A DNA stretch of 64,000 nt. Source: Longimicrobiales bacterium (lineage in GTDB: Bacteria; Gemmatimonadota; Gemmatimonadetes; Longimicrobiales; Gaopeijiaceae). This document shows, piece by piece, positions 53,022-61,468 of this stretch (within the stretch, counting starts at the first letter, position 1; each line of letters opens with the position of its first letter). Below the pieces are notes generated by a model. That model was not told the DNA's origin, searched no databases, and saw only the letters and a program-made list of their open reading frames with translations. Both the position numbers and the translations under genes were made by a program. Where the stretch lies: positions 2,528,001 to 2,592,000 of the forward strand of contig OZ241869.1 in the NCBI GenBank assembly GCA_965202805.1, read 5' to 3'.

Positions 53022-53699
53022 ATGTTTTCAAAGACGAATCGTCAGCCGATATCCTTCAGACTCCTCCTCGTCCTGCTGCTCGTCCCGACCGCCTTCGCGC
53101 TGACAGCCTGCGAAAGCTCTACGGAGCCGGAAGGGGACCGGATGACCCAGAACGAAGCCAACGCCCTCGTGCAGGGGCTGTACGGTGGAAGCCTTCTGGC
53201 GTATGGGGGATTACTTCTCCAGGCGGATCCGGCAATGCTCACAGCCGTTCCGCCTGGAGCGCCTCTTCCCCTGGACGCCGCCACTCCCTGCGCCGAAGGC
53301 GGCGAAGCCGGGTTCTCGGGAAGTGCGATGATCTCCATAGACGAGGCCCGGGGTTCCCTGGAGGTGGAGCTGTCTGGCACCCTGACCCCCAGCGGCTGCA
53401 CGTTCACCGGCGGCGGCGCCACTTTTGTCCTGGACAGCGATCCGGGTCTGGCTCAGACGGGCTCGGTCATCCTTGTACTGGAAGACTTCAGCTTTTCCAT
53501 CAACATCACGTCTTCCGGCTCGTTCAGCTGGACGAGCGGGACCAGATCGGGCAGCTGCGATCTCGACAACACCATCACCTCCGAGATCTCGATGGTCGAT
53601 ACCGCACTCAGCGGCGCCATCCCGACGGCGACCGTGTCGGGCTCCGTATGCGGCCTCAGCGTCAACCGTGACATCGAACTGACCGCCACGACCTCCTGA
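53022..53699 (+). CDS. Hypothetical lipoprotein (Ser/Thr/Gly-rich, beta-rich, 4 extra Cys)
   Basis: AGGAG RBS, signal peptide with lipobox ALTAC. Confidence 0.7.
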   Translation: MFSKTNRQPISFRLLLVLLLVPTAFALTACESSTEPEGDRMTQNEANALVQGLYGGSLLAYGGLLLQADPAMLTAVPPGAPLPLDAATPCAEGGEAGFSGSAMISIDEARGSLEVELSGTLTPSGCTFTGGGATFVLDSDPGLAQTGSVILVLEDFSFSINITSSGSFSWTSGTRSGSCDLDNTITSEISMVDTALSGAIPTATVSGSVCGLSVNRDIELTATTS

Positions 53700-53774
53700 C
53701 GCGGACAAACCCGCCGGGCACATCCCGACTGCGGGTGGTCCCGGTGCCCTCGACCTGCCCGGTCTTGCATGATG

Positions 53775-53839
53775 TATCGAACTTCGATATGTTGAGCACG
53801 TGATATATTGCTTGCCGATACATCGGAACACGACATAAT
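53775..53839 (+). promoter_or_regulatory. Four tandem TATCG-N5-CGATA-like palindromes overlapping a putative promoter
   Basis: TATCGaacttCGATA, TGTTGagcacgTGATA, TATTGcttgcCGATA, CATCGgaacaCGACA lie end to end; TTGCCG-16 nt-CATAAT overlaps units 3-4. Confidence 0.65.
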
Positions 53840-53873
53840 GCTCAGGGCGGGCATCTTCCTCAGGGATATCCAC

Positions 53874-54227
53874 ATGACGGACCAGGAATTCGACGCGCAG
53901 GGCTTCGCCCGGGGAATCCACGAACTGCTGGTCCTCGCTGCCCTGCGAGAGAGCCCCAGGCACGGCTACCAGATCGCCCTGGACGTGGAGGCGCACAGCA
54001 ACGGGGTCTTTCGTTTCCGGCACGGCACCCTGTACCCGATCCTGCACCGGATGGAGGGGAACGGGCTCATCCAGGGCCGCTGGTCGAGCGGGGGCGGGCG
54101 GAGAAGGAAGGTGTATTCGCTCACCGACATCGGCCGCAGGCACCTCAGCGGAGAAACGGACCGGGTTCAGGAGATCCTGTCCGGGCTCATGCGCATGCTT
54201 CGCCGTGCGCGGGAGCTCCCGGCGTGA
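53874..54227 (+). CDS. PadR-family transcriptional regulator (short subfamily)
   Basis: ELLVLAAL...PRHGYQI, GTLYPILHRME..GLI, RRRKVYSLTD.G. Confidence 0.92.
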   Translation: MTDQEFDAQGFARGIHELLVLAALRESPRHGYQIALDVEAHSNGVFRFRHGTLYPILHRMEGNGLIQGRWSSGGGRRRKVYSLTDIGRRHLSGETDRVQEILSGLMRMLRRARELPA

Positions 54228-55039
54228 GCGCGTTCCAGCCGGCGCTGCGCAGGCTCGACCGGGACTTGACGGTCCCCATTCCGGACCGCCTCAGGATCCT
54301 GCGCGAACTCGAATTCGACCTCGAGGCGCTCTCCGGCGAACTCGAAGCCCGGGGTACGCCCCCGGACGAGGCCCGCGCCCGCGCGCTGGACGCCCTCGTG
54401 CCCGACGGGGCGACGCTCCGCGAACTCGACCGCCTCCACGCCTCCCACTACCGCCGGCTCACCCGCCACTTCAGTCCCGGCCGCCTGCGCACCCTCGAGC
54501 GCTCGGCGCTCGCCCTGACCACCGCAGTCGTGCTTTTCGCGGAGACCTTCCTGCTTCTGCGGGCCGACTGGCTCCGTCATGCGTCGCCCTTCCTGTGGCC
54601 GGTTCTCGGGCTGGGTACACTCCTTTTCGCAGCCATCGCCACGCTCTCGTTCAGGCTGTGGGTCAAGCGCGACCACCGGGATCCGGCAGCGAACCTCCGC
54701 GTCATCCTGTTCCTGTCCGGCCTGACGCTCGCCACCGGCATCTTCGGCGCCCTTGCCGACCTCTTACGGCTCGCCGGGGCTCTGGAGGCCGAGCCCGGAC
54801 TGGCCGGATCGCTCCTGCTCGAGTGGTTGGCCGGAACCTGCGTCCTGCTCTCGTTCTCACTGTTGCTGGCCCTCACCGGAGGGCTGGCCTGGTTCATTCC
54901 CGCACACTGGCTCGCGCTCGTCTCCGGTGCGCACGCCGAGCTGCTGGGCAACCCCCTGCCGGACACCCGCCCCGGCGCGCCGCGGATGCCCGATCCCGCG
55001 CCCACACACCAACCCGCATCCCTGGGAGAATCATCATGA
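54224..55039 (+). CDS. Membrane protein with an N-terminal HAAS/permease-prefix-like helical domain and about 4 TM helices
   Basis: LRRLDRDL...RILRELEFDLEALSGELEARG.PPDEARARAL, then hydrophobic segments; GTGA overlap with padR. Confidence 0.7.
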   Translation: MSAFQPALRRLDRDLTVPIPDRLRILRELEFDLEALSGELEARGTPPDEARARALDALVPDGATLRELDRLHASHYRRLTRHFSPGRLRTLERSALALTTAVVLFAETFLLLRADWLRHASPFLWPVLGLGTLLFAAIATLSFRLWVKRDHRDPAANLRVILFLSGLTLATGIFGALADLLRLAGALEAEPGLAGSLLLEWLAGTCVLLSFSLLLALTGGLAWFIPAHWLALVSGAHAELLGNPLPDTRPGAPRMPDPAPTHQPASLGESS

Positions 55040-55467
55040 CCGCGATGGAAGCCTTCGAAGCCCTCGGCGTCATCCGCTGGCCGCTCACCTTCTCGCTGCT
55101 GGTGGTCGTCGCCCTGGCGCTGTGGTCGCTCGCGCTGGTGTGGCGCAGTGCCATGCCGGGCCGGCACGCCAAGGCCTGGATCGACGCCATCCTGTTCTGG
55201 GGAGGGTTCGCGGCCATCAGCGGCGTGCTGGGCACACTGGTCGGCATAATCATCACCTTCCAGTTCATCGAGTTGGCCGGCGAGGTCGTGGCGACGCTGG
55301 TGGCGGGCGGCATCAAGGTCGCGCTCCTCAGTTCGGCGCTCGGCACCCTGATCCTGGCCGTCGCTTCCCTGCTCTGGTTCGGACTCCAGCTACGCTGGCG
55401 GATCCTGGTGGCGCGGCACGCCGGAGAGACCGTGCAGGACCCCGGAAGCGGCGTATTACCAGTGTAA
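55036..55467 (+). CDS. Minimal MotA/TolQ/ExbB-family protein (3 TM, cytoplasmic domain missing)
   Basis: GVLGTLVGIIITFQFIELAGEVVATLVAGGIKVALLSSALG; ATGA overlap with the upstream gene. Confidence 0.8.
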   Translation: MTAMEAFEALGVIRWPLTFSLLVVVALALWSLALVWRSAMPGRHAKAWIDAILFWGGFAAISGVLGTLVGIIITFQFIELAGEVVATLVAGGIKVALLSSALGTLILAVASLLWFGLQLRWRILVARHAGETVQDPGSGVLPV

Positions 55468-55545
55468 TACAGCGGCTTCGGCGGCTTTCATGCGCGCCGG
55501 GAGATTGCGTCTTGCCCCACGCTGACGCCCGGCCTCGCGCAGGAT

Positions 55546-57792
55546 CTACCGCGAAAACAGGTACGTGACCTTGACGATCAGCTGCCGCTCGCGGAAGGAC
55601 GCGAACTCGTTGTACCTGCCGAAGTCGTCGTAGACGTTCCTGCGCAGTTCGTCGTAGACGATGTAGATGTCGCTCCCCGGCCGGTAGATGTAGTTGAAGC
55701 GCCCCGCAGTGCTCCACTGGTCGGTGAGCGAGTTGTACTGCGTAACGGTGCGCAGCGTCATCGTCGGCGAGAGCGCGTAGTCGATGCGGAACGACGCGAT
55801 GTCGGCGCTGAAGTCGCCCCCGGGCAGGCGGACGTCGTTGCGCGTGAACGCCCCCTCGGCGGCCAGCTGGCTGGTCAGCCTGAAGCCGGCACTGGCGCTG
55901 TAGTCGGTGCGGTCGCCGTCGAAGAAGGTCTGCGGAGAGTAGTAGACGGTCCCGTAGAGCCTGCGCGAAGGGTCGCTGTTGAACGAGAAGCGCCAGTCGC
56001 CGAAGCGGTAGGTCCCCGGCGCCACCACCACGTCCGGCCGCACGCGGAAGGGGTTGTCGAGCACTTCCAGGTTGGCATTGTACCAGATGTTGATGTAGGC
56101 CCCGTTCTGGAGCCTCGTCCCCAGCATGTGGTGGATGCGGCGGGTCACGAGCCGATTGTTCTGGTCGGTCGTGTAGGTGATGTTGACCATCGGGTCGAAG
56201 ACGCGCACTCCGAAGCGCCCCGGCCTGGGATTGCGCTCCAGGTGGAGCTTGCTGATGCGGATCCCGTTGCGCGGCAGGAAGCCCACCTCCGGGTTGAAGT
56301 TCTCCTGGAAGTCCGAGTACTCGCCGTAGACGTTCCAGTTCTCGTCGAGCCAGCCGAGGCGGATGTAGCCGGCCAGCTGGCCGTCGGTGACCCCCGTGGT
56401 CGAGGTCTTGGCGACGAAGCTGTTGACCAGGAAGGCGGGATGGGGGGCCAGCGTCATGTCCGCGGCGAAGGTGCGGTTGACGTAGTGGCCGTCGCCCACA
56501 TGCTTGTTGATGACCAGCGCGCCCACCTTGGAGCGCGCCATGATGTCGCGGCTGTAGCGGGCCACGAAGAAGTTCTCGCCGTCACGGCCGGGCATCCCCC
56601 CGCCAACATCGCCGGGCAGGCCGTCGGTCTGGATGTCCATGATGGCGATGTTGTTGCGACCCACCTTCCCGGTCAGCCGGGCGCCACCCAGGATGGGGAT
56701 GGGGTCGCCCGTCTCGGACAGGCCGATGCGACGGCTGAAGAACAGGTCCGCCACGCGCATGAAGGCGCTGTTGGTGCCGACGTTGAACTGGCCCGAGTTC
56801 TCCAGGAAGAAGTCGCGCTTCTCGGGATAGAAGAGAGCGAAGCGGGTCAGGTTGACCTGCTCGTCGTCGACTTCCGCCTGGGCGAAGTCGGTCCTGTAGG
56901 TGATGTCCAGGTTCAACCCGGCCGAGACCCCGTACTTGATGTCGAAACCGATGTCGCGTTGCCCGTCGTTCTCCACGACGCCCTCGGTGGCCACGCGCGT
57001 GCCGCCACCGGTGACGAACGGCTTGACGCGCAGGTCCATGCCCCGGTTCAGCGACTCGAGACCCGTCAGGCTGCCGGCCAGACTCACGCGCGTGAGGGTA
57101 TACGGCTTCGGAATGCCCGCCCAGAACGCCTGCTCGTTCTTGCGGCGGATGTTGCGCATGAAGTTGATGCCCCACTCCTGGCGCTCCTCGTCGGGGAAGC
57201 GCAGGGTGACCATCGGAATGGCGATCTCCGCAGCCCAGCCGTCGTCGGTTCTGCGCGCGCCGACGTGCCAGACCCCGTCCCAGTCCTTGTTGATGTTGGT
57301 CGCCACCCCGAAACCGCGCCGACTGCCTCCCTCGCCTTCCTCGAAAACCTGCTGCTCCAGCTTCGCCCCCAGCGGCGTGGTGACGAACATGTAGGCGGAA
57401 CGGAAGTCCCTGAAGGTGTCGAGGATGATCTGGAAGTTGTCCTCGTCGAGTATCCGGTCCGAGTCGCGGCGCATCTCGGTGGCGATGACCCCGTCCGGCT
57501 CGGAGTCGAAGGCGCGCACCCCGATGTAGAGGTTCTCCCCGTCGTAGAGGATGCGCGCCTCGGTACGCTCGGACGCCGGAGCGCCCTCGTCGGGCTCCTG
57601 CTGCACGAAGGCGTCGATGGCTTCGGCCGCTCTCCAGACCGGCTCGTCCAGGACTCCGTCCAGGACCGGCGCCTCGTCCACGCGGGAGGCGGCGACGCTG
57701 TGCCCGTTCCGGCCGTTCTGGGCGGATAGGGGCGCGGCCGTCGCGATGGCAACAAGAGCCGCGACCGCCAGGGCATGTACGCCGTGATGCAC
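55546..57792 (-). CDS. CBM9-like + DUF5916 outer-membrane protein
   Basis: Signal peptide, APVLDGVLDEPVW, GWAAEIAIP..TLRF, TDFAQAEVD..QVNLTRFALFYPEKRDFFLE, LFFSRRIGL, ends VKVTYLFSR; start approximate. Confidence 0.82.
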   Translation of the reverse strand: MHHGVHALAVAALVAIATAAPLSAQNGRNGHSVAASRVDEAPVLDGVLDEPVWRAAEAIDAFVQQEPDEGAPASERTEARILYDGENLYIGVRAFDSEPDGVIATEMRRDSDRILDEDNFQIILDTFRDFRSAYMFVTTPLGAKLEQQVFEEGEGGSRRGFGVATNINKDWDGVWHVGARRTDDGWAAEIAIPMVTLRFPDEERQEWGINFMRNIRRKNEQAFWAGIPKPYTLTRVSLAGSLTGLESLNRGMDLRVKPFVTGGGTRVATEGVVENDGQRDIGFDIKYGVSAGLNLDITYRTDFAQAEVDDEQVNLTRFALFYPEKRDFFLENSGQFNVGTNSAFMRVADLFFSRRIGLSETGDPIPILGGARLTGKVGRNNIAIMDIQTDGLPGDVGGGMPGRDGENFFVARYSRDIMARSKVGALVINKHVGDGHYVNRTFAADMTLAPHPAFLVNSFVAKTSTTGVTDGQLAGYIRLGWLDENWNVYGEYSDFQENFNPEVGFLPRNGIRISKLHLERNPRPGRFGVRVFDPMVNITYTTDQNNRLVTRRIHHMLGTRLQNGAYINIWYNANLEVLDNPFRVRPDVVVAPGTYRFGDWRFSFNSDPSRRLYGTVYYSPQTFFDGDRTDYSASAGFRLTSQLAAEGAFTRNDVRLPGGDFSADIASFRIDYALSPTMTLRTVTQYNSLTDQWSTAGRFNYIYRPGSDIYIVYDELRRNVYDDFGRYNEFASFRERQLIVKVTYLFSR

Positions 57793-57882
57793 TCGCCGAA
57801 TGCCGGAACGATCGCGAGCCGTTCGCCGAATCGCTTCCAGGGACAAGAAGGCTGCTCCCACGAGGAAATCCTGTCTGGTTTG

Positions 57883-57920
57883 AAAGGAAAAAGCGCCGGG
57901 AGAACCTATCTCCCGGCGCT
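57883..57920 (-). terminator. Intrinsic terminator
   Basis: Perfect 12-bp stem AGCGCCGGGAGA-accta-TCTCCCGGCGCT followed on the minus strand by TTTTCCTTT. Confidence 0.75.
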
Positions 57921-57954
57921 CTTCCGGCGCCAGCCCGAGGGGTTCCCGGCTCCG

Positions 57955-59208
57955 CTAGCTGCCGCTGCCTCCACGCGGGCGGGCGGTGCGTCCGGTCGAA
58001 CTGCCGGACCCGCCCCTGTAGCCGCCGGAGGAGGTGCCGACCGACGAACCGCCGCTGCGGGACCCGCCGGACGACCACATGCCTCCGCCGTCGCTGCCCA
58101 CCGCGGTGGATCTGCCGCGGTCGCCGCCGCGAACGTACCCGAGGCCCCTGACCAGCCTGCCGCGCTGATCGGCCGGGCGCTCGCTCACCTGAACCACGAC
58201 CGGCCGGTACCCGATCCCGTAGTAGCCGCCGTACCCCATCCCGTAGCCGCCATAGCTGTACGGAGAGAAGCCGTACCGATAGGGGGAATACCCGTACCCG
58301 TAGAGCCCATATCCGCCATGGTAGCCGAAGCCGAACGGGGAATAGTACCAGGGATCCGTGCGTACCCTGCGGCGGTCCCGGTCGCGTTCGCGGTCCTGCC
58401 TGGCGAGCGCAACACCCCTGCGGTCCTCTTCGCGCAGCCGGAAGCGGTGGGGATTCGCGACCGCGACCACCACATCGATCACGTCCGGATCCACGCCTGC
58501 ATCCGCGATCCGGATGAGCTGCTCGGCGTTCACGTTCAGGTCGGGCTCGCTCTCGACCAGCCAGGCCTGCACCGTCTGGGCGTGCAGTGTCTGGCCCGCC
58601 TCGATGATCGCGGCGATGGTCGGCGACGTGGTGGAGTACATGCGCGCGGCCCGGATGGCCATCTCCTGGTCGTCCCCGAGGCCGGCGTATCCGGCCGCCT
58701 GCGTCGCCATGACGCCCGCCATGCGATAACGCTGCACCCAGGGCGTCACCTCGCCTTCGACCTCCACCGCACTGACGTCCATCCACTCGGTGGGGTTCAG
58801 CATGACCATCATGCCCGAGCCCTTCCGGGTCACCGTCCCGTCGCAGACGTGCTCGGAGCGGTGATACACCCGGTGGCCGTCCTGCGAGAAGCGCCAGGTG
58901 GTGGTGCCCTCGCACCCCTCCTGGGAGGCGTCCACGGGCCGTCCATCGGCGCGCGCCACCTCGCGCGATGCGACCTCGCCGTCGCGCACGGTCACGAACT
59001 CGGCCGAGAACCGGTCTTCTCCGGGCACCACGCACAGGGTCGGCCGCTCCGCGGCATCCTGCTCGAGGGGCGTCCAGCATCCCGTAAAGGCCAGCCAACT
59101 GCCGACTTCGGACTGTCCTTCCACAGGGACGGCGGCGACCACAAACAGCAACGCAACGACCGAACATCGCCGGGCGACGGCCGTCAGGGCTTCGTGATGT
59201 GCTTTCAT
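57955..59208 (-). CDS. Exported hypothetical protein with Tyr/Gly-rich and Gly/Ser-rich C-terminal tail
   Basis: GAGGA RBS, signal peptide, W..F.GCW, paired Cys residues, tail YGYGYSPYRYGFSPYSYGGYG... Confidence 0.75.
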   Translation of the reverse strand: MKAHHEALTAVARRCSVVALLFVVAAVPVEGQSEVGSWLAFTGCWTPLEQDAAERPTLCVVPGEDRFSAEFVTVRDGEVASREVARADGRPVDASQEGCEGTTTWRFSQDGHRVYHRSEHVCDGTVTRKGSGMMVMLNPTEWMDVSAVEVEGEVTPWVQRYRMAGVMATQAAGYAGLGDDQEMAIRAARMYSTTSPTIAAIIEAGQTLHAQTVQAWLVESEPDLNVNAEQLIRIADAGVDPDVIDVVVAVANPHRFRLREEDRRGVALARQDRERDRDRRRVRTDPWYYSPFGFGYHGGYGLYGYGYSPYRYGFSPYSYGGYGMGYGGYYGIGYRPVVVQVSERPADQRGRLVRGLGYVRGGDRGRSTAVGSDGGGMWSSGGSRSGGSSVGTSSGGYRGGSGSSTGRTARPRGGSGS

Positions 59209-59255
59209 GTTGCTTTCCTCCACTGACGACTTGCTTCCATCCGAGGGCATCGCGG

Positions 59256-60011
59256 TCATCCGCTCATGCGGATTCCGATTCCCGCGAGAATCTGGAAGCC
59301 GGAAAGATCGATGTTCTCAAACCCCTCGAACGAACGATCCATGGGGCTGCTGGACCAAGAATAACGCCCTTCGCCCGTCAGCACGAATCGCGGGCCCAGC
59401 GCGTACTCGATGCCACCGAAGACATGCACGAAGGGAGCGGTGCCGTCCGACACCAGCAGGTCGTTGAAGACGTCGAGCGTCTCGATGTCGACGAAGTCCC
59501 CGTCCTGCTCGAACTTGTACACGTTGCCGCCCGCTCCCGCTCCCACATAGGGCACCAGCTGCGACGGCACCCAGGCGAAACGGCTCAGGCTGCGGCCGCG
59601 ATCGCGCAGGAAGTAGCGGGCGCTCACCGTGAAGGGAAGCTTGGAGTGGGTGGTGACCTGCTCGATCGGCTGGCCCCTGTTGTCTTCCCAGTCGCGGAAC
59701 TCGGAGAGCGTCTCGCTCCTGGCGTAGCCCACGCCCGCCACCAGCTCGAGTCTTTCGGTAAGGTGGACACCGATGTCGACCGTGATCGCCGGAGCCGCGA
59801 AGCTGCTCTTCTCCAGCGTCAGCAACTCGCTGGTGTAGCTGAAGATGTCGCTGTTCGCGCGGGGGATGTCGTATCCGGTGCGGAAGTTGAAGGTGGCGCC
59901 GGGACGGCTGAAGAGGAACCCCCTTCCTTCCTGGGCATGCAATGCGGAAGGCGGGAACGTTCCGGCCACAAGGAGCAAGGCGAGAAACGGCGCCGCGGTC
60001 TGTCGATTCAT
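59256..60011 (-). CDS. Small outer-membrane beta-barrel protein
   Basis: Signal peptide ending ALHA-Q, alternating strands, PYVGAGAG, GEGRYSW, C-terminal ILAGIGIR. Confidence 0.72.
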   Translation of the reverse strand: MNRQTAAPFLALLLVAGTFPPSALHAQEGRGFLFSRPGATFNFRTGYDIPRANSDIFSYTSELLTLEKSSFAAPAITVDIGVHLTERLELVAGVGYARSETLSEFRDWEDNRGQPIEQVTTHSKLPFTVSARYFLRDRGRSLSRFAWVPSQLVPYVGAGAGGNVYKFEQDGDFVDIETLDVFNDLLVSDGTAPFVHVFGGIEYALGPRFVLTGEGRYSWSSSPMDRSFEGFENIDLSGFQILAGIGIRMSG

Positions 60012-60175
60012 GGAGGTCTCCCGGTAAGTTGGAGGCCGGCCCCGGGCACCGCTACTTGCGCATCCGGAACGTTGTTCTACACGATTTCCCGTAACGCGTT
60101 CGCCGCTCGGGCTCATCATGGTTCGCCGCTGGATGGGGAACCACGCTGCAATCATCGTGCCGAAGGAGTCACGCC

Positions 60176-61369
60176 ATGAACCACCCACGCACCTTTTCCT
60201 ACGCGCTGACCTGCGTCGCCGCCGCCGGTATCGTGGCACTCTCTTCCTGTACCATCGAGTCGGCGAGCCAGGCGCCCGACATGTCTGGCGAGGCGCCCAT
60301 CTTCGAGGTGGATCCGCTCTGGCCCAAGCCGCTGCCCAACCACTGGATCCTGGGTTCGACCATCGGCGTCGGGGTCGATTCGCGCGACCACGTCTTCATC
60401 ATCCACCGCCAGACCACCTTCAGCGACGTCAACGAGATCGGGGCCACCCTCGATCCACCCACCAGCGAATGCTGCGTGCCCGCGCCCAACGTGCTCGAGT
60501 TCGATCCCGAGGGGAACCTGGTCAACTCCTGGGGCGGCCCCGGAGAGGGCTACGACTGGCCCACCTCCAACCACGGCCTCAGCGTGGACCACCACGACAA
60601 TATCTGGATCGGGGGCAACGGCGGCCCGGACGGGCAGCTGCTCAAGTTCAGCCGCGACGGCGAGTTCCTGATGCAGGTGGGCGTGGCCGACGCTCAGCCC
60701 AACAGCACCTCCACGGAGCACTTCTCCCGGGTGGCGAAGATCTCCTTCGACGGCACCACCGACGAGGCCTTCGTCGCCGACGGCTACGGCAATCGCCGGG
60801 TGGTGGTGCTCGACTCCAACACCGGGGAATTCAAACGCTACTGGGGCGCCTACGGCAACGAGCCCAGCGACGACCTGGTACCGTCGCACACGCCCGACGG
60901 CCCGCCGCAGCAGCAGTTCCGCACCCCGGTGCACTGCGCCGACCCCTCGGCGGACGGGCTGGTCTACGTATGCGACCGCGCCGGCAACCGCATCCAGGTC
61001 TTCCAGAGCGACGGCACCTTCGTGCGCGAGGCCTTCATCGCCAACGCGACCCTGGGCGGGGGATCGGTGTGGGACATCACCTTCTCGCGCGATGCCGACC
61101 AGCGCTTCGTGTACGTGGCCGACGGGATGAACAAGGTGGTCCATGTGCTGGACCGCGAGAGCCTCGAGGTTCTCACCAGCTTTGGCGGCGGCGGGCGCCA
61201 GCCGGGCCAGTTCTACGGGGTGCACAGCGTCGCGACCGATTCGCAGGGCAACCTCTACACCACCGAGACCTACGAGGGCAAGCGCCTGCAGAAGTTCGTC
61301 TTCATGGGGACCGGACCGGTGACCGCGGAGCATCAGGGGGCTCTGTGGCCGCAGAGCGGAGGTGAGTAG
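60176..61369 (+). CDS. NHL-repeat beta-propeller lipoprotein (peptidyl-alpha-hydroxyglycine lyase-like)
   Basis: AAGGAG RBS, lipobox LSSC, FEVDPLWPKPLPNHW, VADGYGNRRV, YVCDRAGNRIQVF, GRQPGQFYGVHS..DSQGNLY. Confidence 0.82.
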   Translation: MNHPRTFSYALTCVAAAGIVALSSCTIESASQAPDMSGEAPIFEVDPLWPKPLPNHWILGSTIGVGVDSRDHVFIIHRQTTFSDVNEIGATLDPPTSECCVPAPNVLEFDPEGNLVNSWGGPGEGYDWPTSNHGLSVDHHDNIWIGGNGGPDGQLLKFSRDGEFLMQVGVADAQPNSTSTEHFSRVAKISFDGTTDEAFVADGYGNRRVVVLDSNTGEFKRYWGAYGNEPSDDLVPSHTPDGPPQQQFRTPVHCADPSADGLVYVCDRAGNRIQVFQSDGTFVREAFIANATLGGGSVWDITFSRDADQRFVYVADGMNKVVHVLDRESLEVLTSFGGGGRQPGQFYGVHSVATDSQGNLYTTETYEGKRLQKFVFMGTGPVTAEHQGALWPQSGGE

Positions 61370-61468
61370 GCGCGGCGTGCCGGTCATTTTGGACGGAGAA
61401 TTCACGGGCGCGAAGCCCGGACGCTGGATCCGGGGGCCGGTGCATGAGCCGCGGGAGGGTTCCGCGGG

